From the IMG/VR virus record IMGVR_UViG_3300015608_003726: a stretch of 20,000 nt of DNA. One strand, 5' to 3'. This DNA comes from an uncultured virus (IMG/VR IMGVR_UViG_3300015608_003726). Its lineage: Duplodnaviria; Heunggongvirae; Uroviricota; Caudoviricetes. Below, piece after piece: positions 16,708 to 20,000 of the stretch. Numbering within the stretch: position 1 is the stretch's first letter; each line of letters begins with the position of its first letter. A program made the position numbers and the translations under genes. Below the pieces are notes generated by a model. It was not told the origin of the DNA. It saw nothing but the letters and a program-made list of their open reading frames with translations, and made no database searches.

Positions 16708-18140
16708 CACTTCATCTCCTTAGAAAACACAAAAATTGGCTCTGTATGATAATTATTTTTTCCTATATTCCTATTAAATTCATTATTTGCCAACATCATA
16801 TGATGTGTTTTATGTAAACAAAAACCATTTTTTAAACAAAAAGAAACAACATCATCAGAAATATTATAGTTCTTAATATTTTTAATATTTAAGACTAAAA
16901 AACCAGAGTCTTTAAGGATTCTTTGAGAATCTTTTATTATTTTAAAAATAAAATAAGACAACCAATCTTCATATTTGTTATAAAATATATGACTTTGATT
17001 TACACTATTATTATATGTTTCCAAATTAAAATATGGGGGAGATGTAAAAACTAAATCATATATTTTTTCCTGACAATAAGAAATACAATCTTCTGCCCTT
17101 CCAACATCTGTTCTAAAATTAAACATATATTTTCTTCTTCCAAATATGTCTATTTGATCGGAATAAAAACCTGCTATTCTAGAATTACTCGAACATACTT
17201 CTCCATTAACATCAATTCCGTGATAAAAAATATTTTTATTTGACGCTATACACCCAAGAAGCCTTCCGCCAAAACCAGAACAAGGATCTAAAACCATACC
17301 ATTGATAGGAACATATTTGTCAAAAATAAATTTAGCCACTGATGGCCTAAACAAACTTGTAGATCTTGTTCCGTTTCTGGTTTTAAGTATTTTTCTCATA
17401 CCAGATTCATTGCAAACCATTCCTAAATCAAGCCATCTTTTTATGCAGTCTCTAAGTCTATCATCATCTAAAAATGTTTGCATAGGAGAACGAAGTAAAC
17501 TGGAACCTGTCATACTAAATACGTGCTTATGCCAGTAAGAACAAAGTAATAATCCATTATTGTTTATTTTTAAAACATCATTTTCTAAAATTAAACTGTC
17601 TGAATTTATATTTGCTATTTTTTCTATTTCTTTTATTAATTTTGTTTCATTCAAATCATAAAAAGGAAAACCATTATAGCGATAATACTCAAAAATTAAA
17701 TTAATAATATCTTCTTTTGACTTATTATCTTCTTTATATTTTTTTGTCATCTTTGAAAAGAAGTCATTTGATAAATTATCTTTTTTTGGAATATGTGATA
17801 ATATTGATTTTGTAACAAAATCAGTTTTGCTATTATAGTATTCTGATTTTAAATTAATTATTTTGTTATTTTTGTTTGTAATTTTAATCAAAAGCTGATC
17901 TTCTTTTTTTTGATCTTTATTATCATTTAATTTGTTTTTTATTTCTCTAATATCAGAGTAAAATAATCCTTTTTCTATGATATCTTTACAAATATCAATA
18001 TCTTGTTGCGACATAAATAGTTTTTCGTTTAATTTAATACACGGAATAATTCCTTTTCTGATAAGCCTAAGTAGCCTTTCATATTTTACAGAAAGTATTT
18101 CAGATGACTCTTTTATTGTAAATGTATTTTTTTCTTTCAT
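16707..18140 (-). CDS. Amino (m4C/m6A) DNA methyltransferase fused to an N-terminal excisionase-like HTH
   Basis: SAM-binding motif I VLDPCSGFGGRLLG precedes catalytic motif IV DLVFTSPPYF. The N-terminal FTIKESSEILSV....LLRLIRKGIIPCIK fits an HTH_17/Xis-like pattern. Confidence 0.88.
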   Translation of the reverse strand: MKEKNTFTIKESSEILSVKYERLLRLIRKGIIPCIKLNEKLFMSQQDIDICKDIIEKGLFYSDIREIKNKLNDNKDQKKEDQLLIKITNKNNKIINLKSEYYNSKTDFVTKSILSHIPKKDNLSNDFFSKMTKKYKEDNKSKEDIINLIFEYYRYNGFPFYDLNETKLIKEIEKIANINSDSLILENDVLKINNNGLLLCSYWHKHVFSMTGSSLLRSPMQTFLDDDRLRDCIKRWLDLGMVCNESGMRKILKTRNGTRSTSLFRPSVAKFIFDKYVPINGMVLDPCSGFGGRLLGCIASNKNIFYHGIDVNGEVCSSNSRIAGFYSDQIDIFGRRKYMFNFRTDVGRAEDCISYCQEKIYDLVFTSPPYFNLETYNNSVNQSHIFYNKYEDWLSYFIFKIIKDSQRILKDSGFLVLNIKNIKNYNISDDVVSFCLKNGFCLHKTHHMMLANNEFNRNIGKNNYHTEPIFVFSKEMK

Positions 18141-19024
18141 TTTTCTATATTGTCTTTTATATTTTTATAAAACTTTTTTAATATTCTATTATATTCTTTT
18201 TTACCTATTATTTTTATTTTATAACCTTTTTGTTTTATATGCAATATTCCGTTTCTTGTTTTATTACAACCTTTACAATCACAAACCCATTCTTTTCTAG
18301 ATTTTGCATGACCTTTTATTTCGTAATACATATTTTTTCTTTTAATAAAAAAATCTGGTCTATAAGAATGAGAATTATTTTCTATGTTAAAATAAAATAC
18401 ATTATTTTCATATTCAAATTCTATATTAAGATATAATAATATTCTGGCAAAATTAGCCTCCCAAGTACTTCTTACATATAAATTAATATCTTTTCTAAAG
18501 CCAGATATTCCGCTACCTGATCCTTTAGGAGCAGGTTTCCCAAACATCGGATTATTTTTTCCAGAAAAACTTTTACGACTTGCATAACCAATTTTTCTAG
18601 CTTCAATAGTTTTTTCTGAATTAAATTTTCCTTCTCTCCATGCTTTTTTCATAGACAAAGAAACATTATTGTTATGTTCTTTTGTTTTCTTTGTCTTAGA
18701 CATGGTTTTGCTTATTCTTTCTTTTCTTATTTCTGAAAGATGTTCTTTCGAATATACTTCTTTTAAACATATATCAAAAGTTTTAAAAGAAATCCCTGAG
18801 TATATATTATTTTTTATATTTAAATTAAAATGAAATTTCTGTCTTTCTGAATTTTCGTAAATATTAATAGCTTCTTTAATCTGATCTTTTAAATAATTCT
18901 GATGTTTTTGATCCTTTGTTTTTCTTATGTGATTTAAAATCTTCCAGTGTGCATTATATTTTAAATCGCAAATAGGACACTTATTCCAATTAGAATATTC
19001 TAGATGTTCTTTCATTGTTAACAT
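18137..19024 (-). CDS. Probable free-standing homing-type endonuclease: C2H2 Zn finger, NUMOD3-like motifs, PD-(D/E)XK domain
   Basis: CPIC-x12-H-x7-H; SGKNNPMFGK; RSTWEANFARIL....IEFEYE...YRPDFFI....YYEIKG. The start is probably 19024 or 19015 rather than the TTG at 19048. Confidence 0.8.
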   Translation of the reverse strand: MLTMKEHLEYSNWNKCPICDLKYNAHWKILNHIRKTKDQKHQNYLKDQIKEAINIYENSERQKFHFNLNIKNNIYSGISFKTFDICLKEVYSKEHLSEIRKERISKTMSKTKKTKEHNNNVSLSMKKAWREGKFNSEKTIEARKIGYASRKSFSGKNNPMFGKPAPKGSGSGISGFRKDINLYVRSTWEANFARILLYLNIEFEYENNVFYFNIENNSHSYRPDFFIKRKNMYYEIKGHAKSRKEWVCDCKGCNKTRNGILHIKQKGYKIKIIGKKEYNRILKKFYKNIKDNIEK

Positions 19025-19103
19025 ATGATATATATCGTAAGTTAACAATGAAAGATAAACTCAATACACTTTTTAATTGTATAAAAATATATACACAGGT
19101 AAA

Positions 19104-19137
19104 TAAAAACGCCCACTCTTTCGAATGGGCGTTTTTA
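19104..19137 (-). terminator. Intrinsic terminator after the capsid gene, possibly bidirectional
   Basis: TAAAAACGCCCA-CTCTTTCGAA-TGGGCGTTTTTA, a perfect 12-bp inverted repeat. Confidence 0.9.
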
Positions 19138-19173
19138 CCTCAATAATGAGGTTTTAGTTAATTAGACTAAACA

Positions 19174-20000
19174 TTAGGAAGCATCAGAGACTTCAATCTT
19201 CGAAACAGCATAATCATTCAATACAACTATTCCGATTTCCTCATAAATAACCCAACCCAAACGAAGTTTGCGAGGATCATCTGCAGGAAGGACAGTTACA
19301 TCTTGACGAACGGGAAGGGCTCCTACTGTCTCAGGAGAACTTACGACAAGAACGGTTCCAGTATCCATACGAGAAGATACGTGGATGTCGGCTGTCCATA
19401 AGTGACCAAAGAGACCACTTGTTAATACTTCACGAGTTGTTGCCTCGTCATAGAAATCCTTACCAAAAGTTCTAATATCAGCATAACGATTTGCGTGAGC
19501 AACAATCTTAGCAGCAACAAGATCGTGCTGTTCGATAAGACGGAATGCCGAGTTCAAAGAAGCGGTAGAAAGAGATCCAAGATCAGCAACTACTTGGTCG
19601 CCTCTGTTATCAGCAGCAGCGATAAGAGCGTTGAAGATGTTTGTATCCTCTTCCTTCTGGATGGCTTCCTTGGCCTTGATCTGAGCTCTATCTACAATGT
19701 AGAAACGACGAGCCTTGATTTCGGACAAACGAATCGTAGGATAAGCTGCGATTTCGAAAGTAGGAACAAGAACTTCTTCTGCTTCGGTGATTTGATCAGG
19801 AACAGCTCCTCTACGAGAAACAACGTGAGCAACTGATGCTACGTCACGCTCATAACGAGCAAGAGCTCCCTGAGGAAGTTCATCGACCATAAGAAGCTTA
19901 CGACCTACTGCCTGATATTCAAGCGAACGACGAATTGGTTCTACCATAGCTTGCGCGAGCGCTGTTCTACCCTCGTCCGTTTCAAGAGCCTGAGCTATGA
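19174..20000 (-). CDS. Probable major capsid protein (HK97-like fold); 5' end lies beyond the window
   Basis: The frame stays open upstream of 19947 (IAQALETDEGRTALAQAMVEPIRR...). The pattern RKLLMVDELPQG...V.VPTFEIAAYP.I...A...IQKEED..IF...GWVIYEEIGIVVLN resembles large-phage capsid proteins from recall. It is visibly more GC-rich than its neighbours and is followed by a strong terminator. Confidence 0.8.
   Translation of the reverse strand, partial: IAQALETDEGRTALAQAMVEPIRRSLEYQAVGRKLLMVDELPQGALARYERDVASVAHVVSRRGAVPDQITEAEEVLVPTFEIAAYPTIRLSEIKARRFYIVDRAQIKAKEAIQKEEDTNIFNALIAAADNRGDQVVADLGSLSTASLNSAFRLIEQHDLVAAKIVAHANRYADIRTFGKDFYDEATTREVLTSGLFGHLWTADIHVSSRMDTGTVLVVSSPETVGALPVRQDVTVLPADDPRKLRLGWVIYEEIGIVVLNDYAVSKIEVSDAS

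Noticed and set aside
778..19836. All plus-strand ORFs in the track (e.g. 1230-1595, 6156-6464, 10925-11242, 17977-18300, 19495-19836) and the nested minus-strand ORFs 4423-4605 and 5482-5667
   Set aside because: They lie antisense to or within longer genes with recognisable motifs, have shadow-like composition and show no family signal.
1..20000. Stop-codon reassignment, as found in some large phages
   Set aside because: Genes are full-length and densely packed under the standard code; TAA, TAG and TGA all end genes at sensible places.
19174..20000. Encapsulin rather than phage capsid
   Set aside because: The surrounding fibre genes, homing-type nuclease and single-strand gene layout point to a phage, and no cargo gene is visible in the window.

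Overview
This window looks like part of a large tailed-phage (jumbo-phage-like) genome, with every credible gene on the minus strand. In transcription order (right to left): the 3' part of a probable major capsid gene with a strong terminator; a very AT-rich, translationally coupled block (Zn-finger/NUMOD3/PD-(D/E)XK endonuclease, HTH-fused amino-DNA methyltransferase, small ORF); a CBS-less IMPDH/GMP-reductase-family enzyme with non-canonical loops; two unknown proteins; a DUF1617-like protein; a tightly packed run of GT4 glycosyltransferase, an accessory protein, a degenerate GT9-like protein and a subtilisin-like S8 protease leading directly into three Ser/Thr/Gly-rich fibre-like genes; two more virion-type genes; a tnpB-only IS200/IS605 element with both terminal hairpins, inserted just upstream of a ribosome-binding site; and a partial virion gene. 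The most interesting signals are (i) the glycosyltransferase-protease-fibre operon, a candidate virion glycosylation/processing module, (ii) two recurring upstream motifs at fixed distances from SD-less start codons, suggesting two phage promoter classes that make leaderless mRNAs, and (iii) the intact TnpB element with a predictable guide. All family calls come from motif recognition by eye; no database search was run.
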